Assembly: GCF_018977255.1 (NCBI RefSeq)
Contig: NW_024704747.1
Coordinates: 16,306,001 to 16,370,000, forward strand
Reading direction: 5' to 3'
DNA length: 64,000 nucleotides
DNA from: Callorhinchus milii
Taxonomy: Eukaryota
Below are positions 43,490 through 57,280 of this stretch, piece by piece (position 1 is the stretch's first letter; every line of letters starts with the position of its first letter). The notes below the pieces were generated by a model that did no database searches, was not told the origin of the DNA, and saw only the letters and a program-made list of their open reading frames with translations. A program made the translations under genes and the position numbers.

Positions 43490-43908
43490 AATAACAATTC
43501 TTGCATTTGATGTAATGCCTTTCACGTCGGAAGGACATCTCAAAGCACTCCAGAGTATTTGTTATGAAGTCTGGTGGCTATATATTTTCAAGGCAAATGC
43601 AGGAAGCAATTTATGCAATATCCCACAAGTAATCATAAAGTGAATGGCCAATTTTATCTGAGGGATTGGGGGCCAGGCCACCGGGAGGAACTCTCCACTC
43701 TTTTCGAATCGTGCAATGAGATCTTTAACGTCCATCAGAACAATCAGATGGAACCTCTGTTTAACGTCTCATCTAAAGTGCCACACCTTTCCTGTTGTAG
43801 CACTGCTTTGGAGCTTAGATCATGAGAGTTCAAAGTCCTGTTTTGGGGCTTGAACCCACAATATTCTGACTCGGAGGCAAGAGTGCTACAAACTGAGCCA
43901 GTCTGATA
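43490..43908 (-). mobile_element. Older Deu-type SINE
   Basis: Tail (TTGCATTTGATGTAATGCCTTTCACGTC), body and head (GGGGCTTGAACCC..CTGACTCGGAGGCAAGAGTGCTAC) on the minus strand. Confidence 0.8.
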
Positions 43909-44559
43909 CCTAATATGCTGTTCAATGTTTTTATGAAAATGCTGAATGTTTATGAAATACAGTATAAAAAAGGATCATATTTTAAGAATTTTCTTATAAC
44001 ATTATTTTTTATAATTGTAGAGTTGTCATAAATTCTACAATAACTTTGAACAGTGACATCCAGTGCAGGAAAAGTAATCATGCAGTGAGTCATTGAATCC
44101 TGAGTCGCATGACAATAATGAGTACCTCCTGTCAGGACTTATCACTCAGGTTAACTGCTGATTTCCTATACAACATATTCAAACATGATTTTTGTCAGAA
44201 TCCATCTGAAAATCAGAAGATCTCTTTAAAACTGAGTTTCATTTCTATGGTTTGACATTCTCTGAGATAATTTGTGTTTCTGCCTTGAAGCATTTTGTAC
44301 TTAGAGCGTGTGCTTTAAATACATATTGCCGAAAGAAAAGGCAAATTAAGTTACAGAAAAACTACACCACTGCAACCAAGGCAGAAGTAGAGTCACGAAA
44401 ATTTTTCCAAGGCCATAATCCAATATCTTGCTTGTGAATTATCTCCCAGCTCCAGTGCCGTCCCCGTGTGAGTGGGCTGTCGGGCAGGTCTATGAAGCAA
44501 TGTATCCACTGAACCTTGAATGGCTTCTCACCCATTCTAACCACTATGGCTTTCTGCAG

Positions 44560-46962
44560 AGACAGCAGCAAACATCTGAACATATATTGAACATATATCG
44601 ATCACATATTCCCTTGAGGAATAAAAATACTACAGGAAAAGTGATTCAACCATGGCTAACTAGAGCAGTTAGGGAAAAGTATAAAATTAAAAGAAGTAAC
44701 CTATAATACTGCCAAAAAGAGCAGTAAACCCAAGGAGGGATTGAGAGGGCTTCAGAGACCAACAAAGAAAAACTAAGAAACTGACTAGGAGGGAGAAAAT
44801 GGATTATGAGGACAAACTAGCTAGGAACATAAAGACAGACTGCAAGAGTTTTCACAAATACATAAAGAGGAAGAGACTAGCAAAAGTGAATGTGGGTCCA
44901 TTACAGGCAGAGACAGGAGGAATTATAATGGGGGATAAAGATATGGCAGAGTCATTAAAACAAATACTTTGCTTCTGTCTTCACATTAGAAGACACTGAA
45001 AACTTACCAAAAATAGAAGAGAACCAAGAAGCTAATGTTAGTGAGCAACTTAGGGAAATTAACATCATTAAAGAATTACTACTAGGGAAACTGTTGGGAT
45101 TGAAAAATGACAAATCCCCTGGACCTGGTGGCCTGTATCCTTGGGTTTTAAAAGAGGTGGGGGCTGAGATAGTGGATGCCTTGTTTTTGATCTTCCAAAA
45201 TTCTCTGGATCCTGGAACGGTTCCCATTGATTGGAAGATTGCAAATGTAACACCATTATTTAAGAAGGGTGGGAGAGAGAAGATGGGGACCTATACAGTG
45301 GAGTCCTGTAGCTCAGTGGTTAGAGCACTCGCTTTGCAAGCGAGAGACCCGAGTTCAATTCCAGGCAGCGCGAAACCTTGGCCAAGTTTCCTTACTCCAC
45401 ACGCCTAATAATAATCCCTCCAAAACCAAAAACAATAATAAATTGGTCATTTTCAATCTACGACTGTTTGTGGGACATTGCTGTGGACAATTGGCTGCCG
45501 CGTTCGCCCACAAATATCCAGTCAATTCACTTTACAGTGTGTTCTGTGAAGCACTTTTGGACGTCCTCCCAACGTGAAAAGCGCTATATCAAATTCAAGG
45601 ATTATTATTATTATAGACCAGTCAGTCTGACATTGGTGGTAGGGAAAATTCTAGAATCCTTAATTAGGGATGTTGTAGTGCGGTACTTGGAAGACCATAA
45701 CATGATTAGGCAGAGTCAACATGGCTTTACAAAAGGGAAGTCATGCTTAACAAATCTTTTAGAGTTTTTTGAGGATGTAACTAGCAGGTTAGATAGGGGG
45801 GAACCAGCAGATGTAGTATATTTAGATTTTCAGAAGGCATTCGACAGGGTGCCACATAAAAGGCTGCTACGCAAGATTAGAGCCCACGGAATTAAAGGCA
45901 TTATATTAGCATGGATCGAAGAGTGGCTAACGGGAAGAAAACAGAGAGTAGGGATAAATGGTTCCTTCTCGGATTGGCAAGATGTGTCTAGTGGAGTGCC
46001 ACAAGGATACGTGCTTGAGCCTCAACTATTTACAATCTTTGTCAATGATCCAGATAAATTTGCGGATGATACTAAACTATGTGAAGAGTAAGCTCTGAGG
46101 ATGACACAAAAAGGTTGCAAAGGGATATAGATAGGCTAGGTGAGTGGGCAAGAAGGTGGCAGATGGAATATAATGTGGGGAAGTGTGAAGTTATTCACCT
46201 GGGTAGTAAAAACAGAAAATCAGATTATTTTCTAGAGGGGGAGAGACTAGATAGTGTTAATGTTCAGAGGGATTTGGGTGTCCTTGTACACCAGTCACAA
46301 AAGGTTAATATACAGGTATAGCAAGCAACTAGGCAGGCTAATGGCATGTTGAGTTTATTGTAAAAGGGTTAGAATACAAGAGTAGGGAAGTCTTGCTGCA
46401 ACTATATAGGGCCTTGATGAGACCGCACCTAGGATATTGTGTGCAGTTTTGGTCTCCTTATTTAAGAAAGGACATACTCGCCTTAGAGGGGGTGCAGCAT
46501 AGATTCACTAGGTTAGTTCCTGGGATGAGGGAGTTGACCTATGAGGATAGGTTGAGTAAACTAGGCCTATATTCTCTAGAATATAGAAGAATTAGGGGTG
46601 CTCTTACAGAAACCTATACGATTCTTATGGGGCTCGACAGAGACTGTTGCCCCTGGTAGGAGAATCTATAACTAGGGGTCACAGTCTTAAGATTAAGGGT
46701 CAGCCCTTTCGAACAGAGTTGAGGAAATACTTCTTCACTCAGAGGGTTGTGAATTTATGAAATTCTCCATCCCAGAAGGCTGTAGATGCTCAGTCCTTGA
46801 ACATATTCAAAATTGAGATTGATAGATTTCTAAAGGATAGAAGGATTAAGGGATATGGGAATAAGGTGGGCAGAGTTAGGTTAAATTAGAAGATCAGCCA
46901 TGATCGTATTGAATGGCGGGGCAGGCTCAAGGGGCCGAATGTCTACTCCCTATGTTCCTATG
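44560..46962 (+). mobile_element. 5'-truncated CR1 LINE (decayed ORF2/RT), interrupted by a SINE
   Basis: Peptides KSPGPGGLYP, DWKIANVTPLFKKG, YRPVSLT, QHGFTKGKSCLTNL, YLDFQKAFDRVPH, GVPQG, KFADDTKL and RPHLGYCVQFWSP, with stops and frameshifts. Ends in CCTATGTTCCTATG. Confidence 0.95.
45298..45611 (+). mobile_element. Full-length young tRNA-Ala SINE nested in CR1
   Basis: Complete head, body and tail. Splits CR1 ACCTATA|..|TATAGACCAG, with TATA duplicated or microhomologous. Confidence 0.95.
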
Positions 46963-49900
46963 AGTGGGTACGACAACTGTTTTACACATTTGTATAGAGT
47001 TTATAATTGTACAAGAAAATAATGTACATCCTCAAATCATTATGCAGTGGCAATCCTTAATTTATTTTGATAGCAGGTGATAATCTGCATCTACTTCGGA
47101 AATGGACAAACTGAAATTTGATAGCATTTACACTGATCTCTCCAATGTTTGTAAAGGTATTAGTTTGGTTGCAGTCAGAGTATTGCAGACTTAAATAGTT
47201 GCAGCTGCTTTTGATAAAACAGTGAAAGGGAGATCGAACAGAAGTTTTCAACATCATCAATGATTATCCTTGCTTTTGCTATAGCAACTATAATGTGTCC
47301 GTGTGCTTCACAAAATTTCTGTGAAGTGTAGTGACTGTATATTTACCGGGGAACGTGGCAATCATTTTGCGCAGAGTGATGAATTGAGAGACTAATTTTA
47401 TCTGGAGGATTGCTCGCCAGATCATCAGGAGAAACTCTTCTTATTTTTCAATAGGATCTTTAACATCCACCTGAACTGGATGGCATCTCTATTGCAATGC
47501 AGTGCTCTCCCAGAAGCAAAGGGTGGTTTAGATGATTTTTTTAGAAATATAGGGTTTTTACAATGTGGTATGCTTCACCACAACTGGCTGGTAAACTTGA
47601 ATCCCCAAAAACTTTAAAACCTGAATTGGATAAATAGTTAGGGATATGGCAATATAGCAATGGAATGCGATTGGAGTATTGTTCCCAGTGGGTTAGCTGG
47701 CTCAAGCACAGACACATTGAGCTACATGAAATCTTCCTGTGTTATAAACTTACAGTATTGTAAAACGTTCTGGATGTTGAAGACAGACAACTCTTAAGGT
47801 TCCACAATGTGAAATCAATTTTGACCACCAAAACGGTTTCCAACTTCAAGGAAAGACAGTGAGAATGTATCTCACTCCTGCTGTTTGTTCCTCAGATAAT
47901 GTTGGCAGAGATCTGGGAGCAAATGCTTTCTGCCCCTTGTGTGTGATGGAGAACTTGAGGAGGTGTAAGATTTGCTTTTGATTGATCCTCACACGGTTAT
48001 AATCAAAACTTAAAGACTACATGCTTTCTCACCTCACCAGTCTCTCCAAGTCATTGACTGCATTTCCAACCATAAATAGTTTGGTCTCAATCCAAATATT
48101 TGGGGCCTTTCCTTTCATTACTGGGGATTGTGAGGCATATTGCTGAGGGTTTTAAATTTTATGGGAGTTAAGATTGCGCATCTGCTGCTCCTGTCATCTT
48201 AAAGTGAAAATAACCGTGAAAGATTTGACAGCCTTTTGGGGACCAGTATTTCAGAACATAAAATAGGAGTGTAATTCTGTAGAATTCTGATTTGGACAAA
48301 TTATTAGGGATGAGAAGAACTAGTTAATAGATTCTGTTTCACCATTTTGGAGTATAATAATCCTTACATTTGATGTAGTGCCTTTCATGTCAGGAGAATG
48401 TCTCAATACGCTTCACAGAATAAACTGTAAAGTGTAATGACTGTAGTTTGTGGACAAATGCAGCAGACAATTTGTACACAGCAATGTCCTATGCAACCAA
48501 AACCCAAATTGACTCACACTACTGAGATGGGAGGAAAAAAAGTAACACCCAAACATCCATTGTCTACTAACAGGGTGAAATTGTTGTACAATTCCCTATT
48601 GATGATATTTCTTGCTTGGAGCAGAATATTTAGTTTCTGTGGGAGGAGGTGAAGAGCTTTGTCTTCAGGGACAGTTGTCAGCAAGTCTAGCCTTTGTGAA
48701 CCATGAGGTTTCTTTTCTTTGTTTGCAGTTGCACTGATAAATTAATCGTCTTGGTTCCGGGTGAACTGATGCATGGTGTTCAATGGCAGTTACATTCCTG
48801 AGATTGTTTTGTGTGTATCAGTACGCAGCATTACAATTGGGTTTCATTTCAGACTCAATTTCCACTTAGGAGAAAAAATAGTCCTGCCCAGTGTTTGCAG
48901 AACAAATTGACATGGAGCTATCCCTCTCTTTCTGCCACTGACTGTTCTGGCTCTTTTGGTCTCACCTCCAACTCTTAACTTGTGTTTTAGCTGTTACAAA
49001 TTATTTTTTTTCCAAATGACATAAACTTGTCACTGGGTGCTGAGAAGAGCAAGGGGAGAAGTTATGCAATAAATTTAGAAGCTTTTCTTCTCAATGTTAG
49101 GAATCGGGTTTCCTTTGACTATAGATTGGAACTGGTTGGTTAATTAAGAAGCTGCAGTTTCCTTTTTCTGTTCATTGAGGAGAGAGCACTGACCCGACAA
49201 AGGTCATTGGCTGAGGGAACAATTTGTCCTCTGCTGTTTACTCACCAAACATACAACACTTCATTATTGGAATTCATATTACCTTCTCTCTTTTCCCAGT
49301 TTTCCATGCTTTGCATTTATAATGGCCAGGAAATCTGTCAGGTCTTCACTAATTGCTCTTTTGTACCAGGTTTCCAATGGGTGTCGGTTTCCAGAAAGAT
49401 TTTTCCCCACCTGTTGAAAAGCAGTTGTCTCTACTTGTCCCCCTCCCCACATTTCCAATGGTGAATTCACCTTGTGGGATTGTGGTAACAATCTGCCACT
49501 TCCCCCCCACTCCCCCCCCAAATTCTACTTTATGTTGCTGTGGAAACTATTACTTTGGAAATTGTGTGTAAACTATTGCTACACTTGTCAGAGATTACTG
49601 TAAAGCTCTGAGATGTTTCAGCACGGTAAGGTGCAATAAACTGCGCCAAGTTCTGATGTCCATGGGCAGTGATAGAAATGCTAATATTGAATGGTTCCAA
49701 GTTTAGTCATTCCAATTACATGCTTTTGTGCTTTAAACTTAATCAGTATTGCCACAGTTTACTGCCAGTATTGCTTTTTATTAAAAGCTTATTTCTAGAT
49801 TGAATTGGTTAAATTGAAACTATGATGTTTTCAGCTGCCTTGAGTGACACAAATGTCAGCATTGGGCTATTACGACAAAAGGACCACAGGTTTGAATGGT

Positions 49901-50037
49901 CTCTGCTCGGGTGGCAGTTGGAGCTATATGTCTGAGTAAAAGGTCCAAGTCAGTCAGTCCTGCTCCTAATTCTTGTCAGAAATTCCTGATGGAAGATGGT
50001 GCGATGACTCAAATTGGTCATGTTTAGGTGTCAATCT

Positions 50038-50818
50038 GGCACAATTGGTAGCACCCCTGCCTCCCGAGTCTGAATATTGTGGGTTCCTGCCACATGGCGG
50101 GACTTTAAACTCCTCATCTGGTATGATAACACAGCTCAGTGCTGGAAGTTTGATTGATTGTCCGAGGTATTGTCTTTTGGATGAGACTCAAAACCAAGAT
50201 CCTGTTCAGGTGGATGTGAAAGATCTTGTGGTGCTACACAAGAAAATCCCTGGCCTACAATCCCCCAAATTCAATTGGTTATTCACTTCATGGCTGTATG
50301 TGAAACATTGCTGTTGCAAATTAACTGCTGCTTTTGCGTATAAAATTCAGTCACTGCACTTGGAGTCCTGTAGCTCAGTGGTTAGAGCGCTCGCCTCGCA
50401 AGCGAGAGACCTGGGTTCAATTCCTGGGCGAAATGTTGGACAAGTTTATTTATTCCAATGCTTCTGTTTACCCAGCAGTAAATAGGAACCCGGTTGTTAG
50501 TCGATTGGTAGATTGGTTTTCCTGGGGTAATAATTCCTTCAAAATGTTTTCAAAAAATAATAAATGGGTCAATCCAATCCACAACTGTTTGTGATACACT
50601 GCTGTGCGCAATTGGCTGCCACATTTCGCCCACAAAATATAGTCAATTCACTTTACAGTATGTTCTGTGACGTGCTTTGAGACATCTTGAAGATGTGAAA
50701 AGGTGCTATATCAAATGCAAGGATTATTTATTATTATTTATAGTACATCCTTTGAAGCACTTTGAGATGTCGTCCCACCATGAAAGGCACGATATGAAAA
50801 ATAAGGATTATTATTATG
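50038..50818 (+). mobile_element. Older Deu-type SINE split by a younger SINE
   Basis: Head and body at 50038-50360 end at CAGTCACTGCACT. The remaining tail resumes at ~50738-50818. Confidence 0.8.
50361..50737 (+). mobile_element. tRNA-Ala SINE, long subfamily (extra ~64-bp central module)
   Basis: Same head (anticodon CGC) and tail as the young copies, plus CTGTTTACCCAGCAGTAAATAGGAACCCGGTTGTTAG.. at 50464-50527. Confidence 0.9.
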
Positions 50819-51894
50819 ATTTCAGGACTAACACTTGAAGAGTGGTCTCTTGGGTGGAGGTACAGCAGGCACAACAATAAGTTTAATATCTAAGCAATTT
50901 AAGGTTGCATAGTTCATTAATACTCATTTGATAGCGCTATATCAAATGCAAGGATTATTATTATTATTTGTACATTTTTTTGATGCCATTTATGGTACTT
51001 GCAGCCCCTAGTACTGAAAGTGGGACAATGGTGTGTTTGAATTCTGTCACCAATGCCTGTGACTGAGATGTTTGCTCTGTTATGGAATCTAACATTGGAC
51101 CTCATTGTTGTCATGGGTCCTGTACACTGACTGTATTGACTTAAACAGTTAACGTCAAATAAGGCAAGATCTGTTTGGTTTAGATTTTTTAAGCAGCTGT
51201 CTGCTCCATCTGCCACATACAGACTCTTCTGGCCTTTCCGTTCAGTTGTAGTGCTGCCTGTTGTAGCAGGAAAAACATTTATTTGTGAAATGGGACTGAA
51301 ATGAAGCCTGTGTTTCAAACAATCACTCCTCGTGAAATGCTATTTCTATATCCTCTGTTTTATTGTTTTATCATTTCCAAAATTGGACATAGTGTCTGAA
51401 ATTCCATTTCAGATTTATGGGAAGTACTGTTTATGGCAAGCATCTCATTTCCTTAACTTTCCATAATAATATTAACTTTGCTTTATTATTGTACGTATAA
51501 TGATTCACAGCCAATTGCTGTCAAATGTAGTGACTGTGCATTTGGAGGCAAACACTTCAGGGAAGTTGCATATAACAGATCCCACAAATGGTCATGAAGT
51601 GAATGACCAATTTATCAGGAGGATTGTTGGTCAGGACACAAAAACTTATCTTTTTGAAATGTGACACTTAAACATCTTAATTTCAAACATCCATCTAAAG
51701 AGGCAGATTGGACCACAGTTTTTAATTACTTGAAGGACGGCACCTCTGAGAATGTAATTCTTCCACAATATTATTTATCAAATTGAATGCAATAAATATA
51801 GTTTAGTGTACAAGATATGCATCTCTTCATATAGCGATTAGTTTGTACTCTGGTACTGCTGTATTGGGATTTATGGCTTTTTTTGTTTTAAATA

Positions 51895-52070
51895 GCATAG
51901 ATGTATTTAAGGGAAAGCTAGATAAGTACATGATGGGGAAAGGAATAGAAGGTTATGCTTGAAGGCTTAGTTGAGGAAGGGAAGGAGGAGGCTCATATGG
52001 AGCATAAACACCAGCATAGACCAGTTGGGCTGAATGGCCTGTTTCTGTGCTGCATATTCTAATGTAAATG
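51895..52070 (+). mobile_element. CR1 LINE 3' UTR fragment
   Basis: ATTTAAGGGAAAGCTAGATAAGTACATG..GGAGCATAAACACCAGCATAGACCAGTTGGGCTGAATGGCCTGTTTCTGTGCTG. Confidence 0.75.
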
Positions 52071-53744
52071 CTTGGAAAATAAAACTTGCCCACAAAGCAC
52101 GAGCATGTGCTGTGTTCTATGAAATTCAAAGCATATATTCTGTGGTGTGGGAAGATGGAAGCATATTTTGAGATCCTTCAGAGGAGGAGGGGGAAAATTA
52201 ATAAGACTATTTCCACTGAAGCTCTGCTTTCCTAAGATCCGGCAATTGCACTTGTTCGTAGATGGAAGTATACAGCAGAAACTGCCCAGGGGTTCACTAC
52301 GTTTGCAGCATAAGGCAGAATTGTGCATTTATGCAAATGAAAATTAGTGGATCACGTTTTCAGCAAGTCGTCCAAATATTCATTCATGTGTTATGAATTG
52401 GTTTTAAATTATTAGATGATGTGATTTTAAGTGTAAATGAGTTAGCGTTCTGTAGATCTCACTGGTATTTATTTGAGCTGAAGTCAGTTATAAACAGATC
52501 CAGTCTTTGTGTGTGGGGGTGGTTATGGGTGTGAGGCAGGATGGGGGGTGTTGTGGGGGTGTGCAATCTTCACATGCTTTGGAATCTACAACCGTCGAGC
52601 ATTTTTATATTCATCACTGAAGAATGATGGGTTTGCTTTTCATTTACACTCGAGAGGGAAGAGAGAAAGTGAGCTTTCTGCACTTGAAACAAACTTCCCC
52701 AAACTCTGACTTGTCAATAATATCGTGCGAGGTTCTTACCCTTCCCTGTCTGAGCCACCCATTGTTTGCTGCTTTGAGAAGGTACTTACATGAAGACCTC
52801 TAACTCACACTCTGCCTGTGTCGCTCCACCCTGCTAGTGGGAGATGTGAAAACAGCCTGCTGCGTGCACTATGGGGAATCAAATTGCTCAGATCAGGTCA
52901 GTTAGTTAATTATTTTAACAGTGCTGACTGTGGATTTTGCCTCTTGCTTTCCCTTCTGCATTCATCCTTTCACTATTTCCTGGATCCTGTTCCACTGTCT
53001 GGGCTTTGAGGTTGCTTTCACATCGCCTTTTTCCATATAACCGTTGGAGGATGCCAATCTTAGAGCAAACAGCTCACACTGGCTGAGCATCTCTATCTTG
53101 ACGTATAGGCTCATAAGATTGATTTGGATGAAGAAAAATTCCTCGGCCCATCCAATCTCATTTTTTCAGAACACCCACCCTACCGTCCCCCCATTATAGG
53201 AACAAGCTGCTTTTTAAGTTAAATTGAGCTGCTTTCTTCCTGAATGTGGTGCTTAAATGGCAATTGGTGGCCTCTTTTGGATCCCCACATTCCACCCTTT
53301 TTGTTTGTACCCTCACAGTACCACTTTGAAGTGTTGACTGGGTCCCACCCATAAACTTTTTCATTCGACATGAGGTGGCTCTCCTATTGCAGAAGGTTGT
53401 TACTTCGGAAGACAAAGGAACCATTCTGTTTTATTTGTGAATGGCGCATCTTTTAATCTTATTTCCCTGCTTTTTTTATATTCCTCAACACACTGACTTC
53501 TCAGGTATCCACAAGCTTTGTTCTGAATCTCTGGGATTCTGGGGTCATTCCATAGTCCCACAACTTCCCTTCATCGCTGTTTGCATCCACATTGACTAGG
53601 AATATCAGATGCATAGTTCAATGCTCATGCCATCTCACGATTAATGCCTGATTCAGACTCTGTCCTTCTGGGTTCTTCCACAAACTGTGGGTATAATCCT
53701 AGGTTTTGTCGGACATTTATTTTTTTCGCTTCATCACCTTGCTC

Positions 53745-54861
53745 ACTGGGATCTCCACAAGCGGTACCTCCTCTAGCCCCTGCACCGTCTCGTGCGGTGT
53801 TCCTCAAGGCTCTGTCCTTGGTCCCCTCCTCTTCAATATCTATATGCTCCCTCTTGGTGACATCATCTGCAGACATGGGGTCAACTTCCACATGTATGCG
53901 GATGACACCCAACTGTACCTCTCTGGCTTCACCCTTGACTCCAAGACCACTGCTGTGCTGACAGAATGTCTGTCAGACATCAAGTCCTGGATAAGAGCTA
54001 ACTTTCTTCAATTGAATGACAACAAGACCGAGGCTCTCCTGATTGGCTCCCGATAGCGCCTCCTCACCTCAGGCGCCGACAGCATCACCATCCATGGTTG
54101 CGCATTCCACCTTGCTAAGCCAGTCCAGGACCTTGGGGTGTCGTTTGACCTCAACTATCCTTTCTACCCCACATCTGTGCCATGATCCGCTCTGCCTACC
54201 CCCACCTCCGCAACATCACCCAGCTCCGCCAATATCTCACACCGCAGGCCGCCGAAACCTTCGTGCATACTTTCATTACATCAAGGCTTGACTATGCAAA
54301 CTCATTGCTTCTTGGCCTTCCCAACTCCTCCCTCCACAGGCTGCAGATCATCCAGAACTCTGCAGCCCGTGTCTTCTCCCGCACTAGGCTCCACCACCCT
54401 ATCACCCCCATCCTTGCCCAACTCCACTGGCTTCCCATCTCACAGCGGATACAGTTCAAGATTCTGTTCCTCACCTTCAAAGCTCTCCATGGTCTTGCTC
54501 CCCCCTACCTCTCCGACCTCCTAACTCCCTTCCATCCTGCTCACTCCCTCCGCTCAGCGGGCTCCAGCCTGCTTCATGTCCCCCACCTCGCTCGCCCACT
54601 ATTGGTGGGCAGGCCTTCTGCCACTCTGCCCCCACCCTCTGGAACTCCATCGGGCAGTCCTTCGCCTCGCCCCTTTTGCCACCTTCAAGACCCATCTCAA
54701 GACCCTCCTCTTCGACCGTGCTTTCTATCTCCCTGCTTCCCCCCCGTGCTCTCTTCCATCCCCGACCCCCAGTTCGGGTCCGAAACTCTTGTCTGTCCAG
54801 TGCCTTGAACGTCCTCCTGACTTGAAAGGCTCTATACAAATGTAATTTTGTTGTTGTTGTT
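53745..54861 (+). mobile_element. 5'-truncated L2 LINE (RT C-terminal half)
   Basis: Peptides [47 protein letters not shown] and LHWLPISQRIQFKIL, with a stop at 54054-54056 and frameshifts. (TTG)n tail. Confidence 0.95.
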
Positions 54862-56009
54862 ATGGTTGCTCATGGTGTATAACAGTTATCCGGGGTGACT
54901 GGTTCTTCCTCATTGAATCTAATGAGTGGGTTTTACTTTGGGGTCCAGGTTAATTAGAATAGAATTGTCATCACAAGCATCAAATGGAAATACCCTAGTG
55001 TGTATGTGTGCTGGATCATGGATGAACCAGTTGGTATTGCCTGCTGTCTATGTCAGTGTGGCAGTTTGGTGAAACCACATTCTTCTAAAATCATAAATTC
55101 CTCCATCAATAGTGCAGTTAGAGATGTATCTGAGAGAGGAGCAGGAATGTCTTACAGTAACCCTGCCAACAATCTTCTAAGTTGATCAGTTTACCTCATG
55201 GTTGTTTGTTGGTCCTTGCTGTGATCAAAATGGCTGCCACGTTTGCCTACAAAAATGGTCACTTGAGATGATTCGACTTAAGTCCTATAAAACTTGTTTT
55301 TTCCTCTTTCTACACCTCATTGTTACAAATATTTTGTGGAGAGTTTTTGTGGGGCTGTTCACCCACCTTGGCTTTCGGTCACTGAAATTTAATTTCTGTC
55401 ACCACTGAAGCAACTTCCTTTAAAAATGGGAATCAGTCCAGTGAGATTGGAAATGGCTGGCCTTGCGGTGCTGTTTCGAGTTTCTGTGTCAACTCAATTT
55501 ACGAGCTCGTCAATGGATTTGCACCAAATGCAGTTTGTAATTTAATTCAGCATTGTGTCAATTCCTTTCAACGTTTCTCCAGGATCATTGAAGAAGAGCT
55601 GTCAGCAAAAAACAAAAATGGCTCACTAAACAGGGCAATGATGCTCCGAATCTCTATCTACGTGTGAATTCTTTTTGAAACCATCACAGTTTGATTTCCT
55701 TCAGCTTTCTGGTGGGAAGGGGTGGCAAGAGTTTGAATCCTGTTCACTGTAAAATATTTTATAACTGTGCGATCACAGATGAGGTATTGGACAAAGAGGG
55801 GAAGACATCTCAACCTAAGGTGCTGCGGACATTTAACCATTAAAAATTATGGTTTATATGTTTTTTAAAAAAAACGTTGTGACCAAATTTCCATGTAGGA
55901 ATTGGAAATTTCCCTATCTGATTTTACACTATCTATTTCTCTCTTCCTCAAGTCTCCGAACTGACCTCTTTGACTGCACGTATGGTCACCTCAGCCTTCT
56001 ACCTTTCAG

Positions 56010-56110
56010 CTTTACAGTCAATTCACTTTACAGTTATTCTCTGAAGTGCTTTGAGATGTCTGGAAGATATGAAAAGCGCTATATCAAATGCAAGGATTAT
56101 TATTATTATT
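56010..56110 (+). mobile_element. SINE tail fragment
   Basis: ACAGTCAATTCACTTTACAG..GAAAAGCGCTATATCAAATGCAAGGATTATT. Other tail-only copies at ~3715, 16190(-), 19180(-), 21645(-), 32590(-), 41810, 48355(-) and 57945(-). Confidence 0.85.
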
Positions 56111-56960
56111 AGCTTCCTCCCATGTTCGGTGTCCAGCCCCATCGCTGAAAAGCACTCCTAGACATTATCCTACATGTGTGTGCTGTACCATACACATGAC
56201 ACACTAATTAAAACTTGCAACAATGGAGCAGCTTCTTACCATGTTGAAGGTACCAATTTGTTGTATGAACTCCTGGTGTCTTTGAAATAAGACTTAGCTG
56301 GACTCTGTATTGCATACTAAATGACCCAGTGTGTTCGTTCAGTAACCTCCTTCTACTTGTATCTTTCTCATTTGATCACCGAAGTAGACCATCTGCTCAC
56401 CTATAAAGACATTAACAGCCGTTTGCAAAAAATGGTGGGGGGAAATGTGCAAATATGTACGAAAATAGACTGCAGTTGAGGGTGAGAATTATATTCTATC
56501 ACTTCTTTGCGTGCTTGCTGATACTAAACATGGAAAGAGCTGCGGTGGTTGCATTCTGTAAAACTGTGAGGTGCGGCTCAAGGAAGTGCTTTTCGACATC
56601 ATACATACAATGTGTTATTGTGCTTTTAGAGCTTGAGCGCTGCTGTGTTGTGCCTTGCGGTTAGACTTCAATGGTATATTGGCTGTGTGCACTCGGGTCA
56701 CATTGGTAATAGAATGGGGCAACTTTTTGTGCTGCAAGTTCTCAACTGGTTTAAAAGGCAAGAAGCTGTTTCTTGACATCAGATGTCTGTTGGCCATCTT
56801 GTGATATCTATTAACTGATTAGCTACTATTACCACTCACTCCTGTCACACAGGTAGTAGTTCTTCATACATTACTATTACTTCAAGGCACCTAAAATAAT
56901 CCTTTTACTGGAGAAAGGTTTGGGATTATACATCAGGTTTTTGTTTTGTTTCATGATGTT

Positions 56961-57280
56961 TAATAATAATAATAATAATCCTTGCATTTGATATAGCGCT
57001 TTTCACGTCGGGAGGACGTCCCAAAGCGCTTCACAGAACACACTGTAAAGTGAATTGACTGTATATTTGTGGGCGAACGCGGCAGCCAATTGCGCACAGC
57101 AATGTCCCACAAACAGTCGTAGATTGAAAATGACCAATTTATTATTGTTTTGGGTTTTTTGAGGGATTATTATTAGGCGTGTGGAGTAAGGAAACTTGCC
57201 CAAGGTTTCGCCCTGCCTGGAATTGAACTCAGGTCTCTCGCTTGCAAAGCGAGTGCTCTAACCACTGAGCTACAGGACTC
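56961..57280 (-). mobile_element. Full-length young tRNA-Ala SINE
   Basis: Reverse complement of the 22865, 45298 and 63619 copies with CpGs retained. (TAA)n at the left end. Confidence 0.95.

Noticed and set aside
44560-46962. Active CR1 or L2 retrotransposon (also 39948 and 53745)
   Set aside because: All are 5'-truncated with stops, frameshifts or nested SINEs, and no endonuclease domain or ORF1 was seen.
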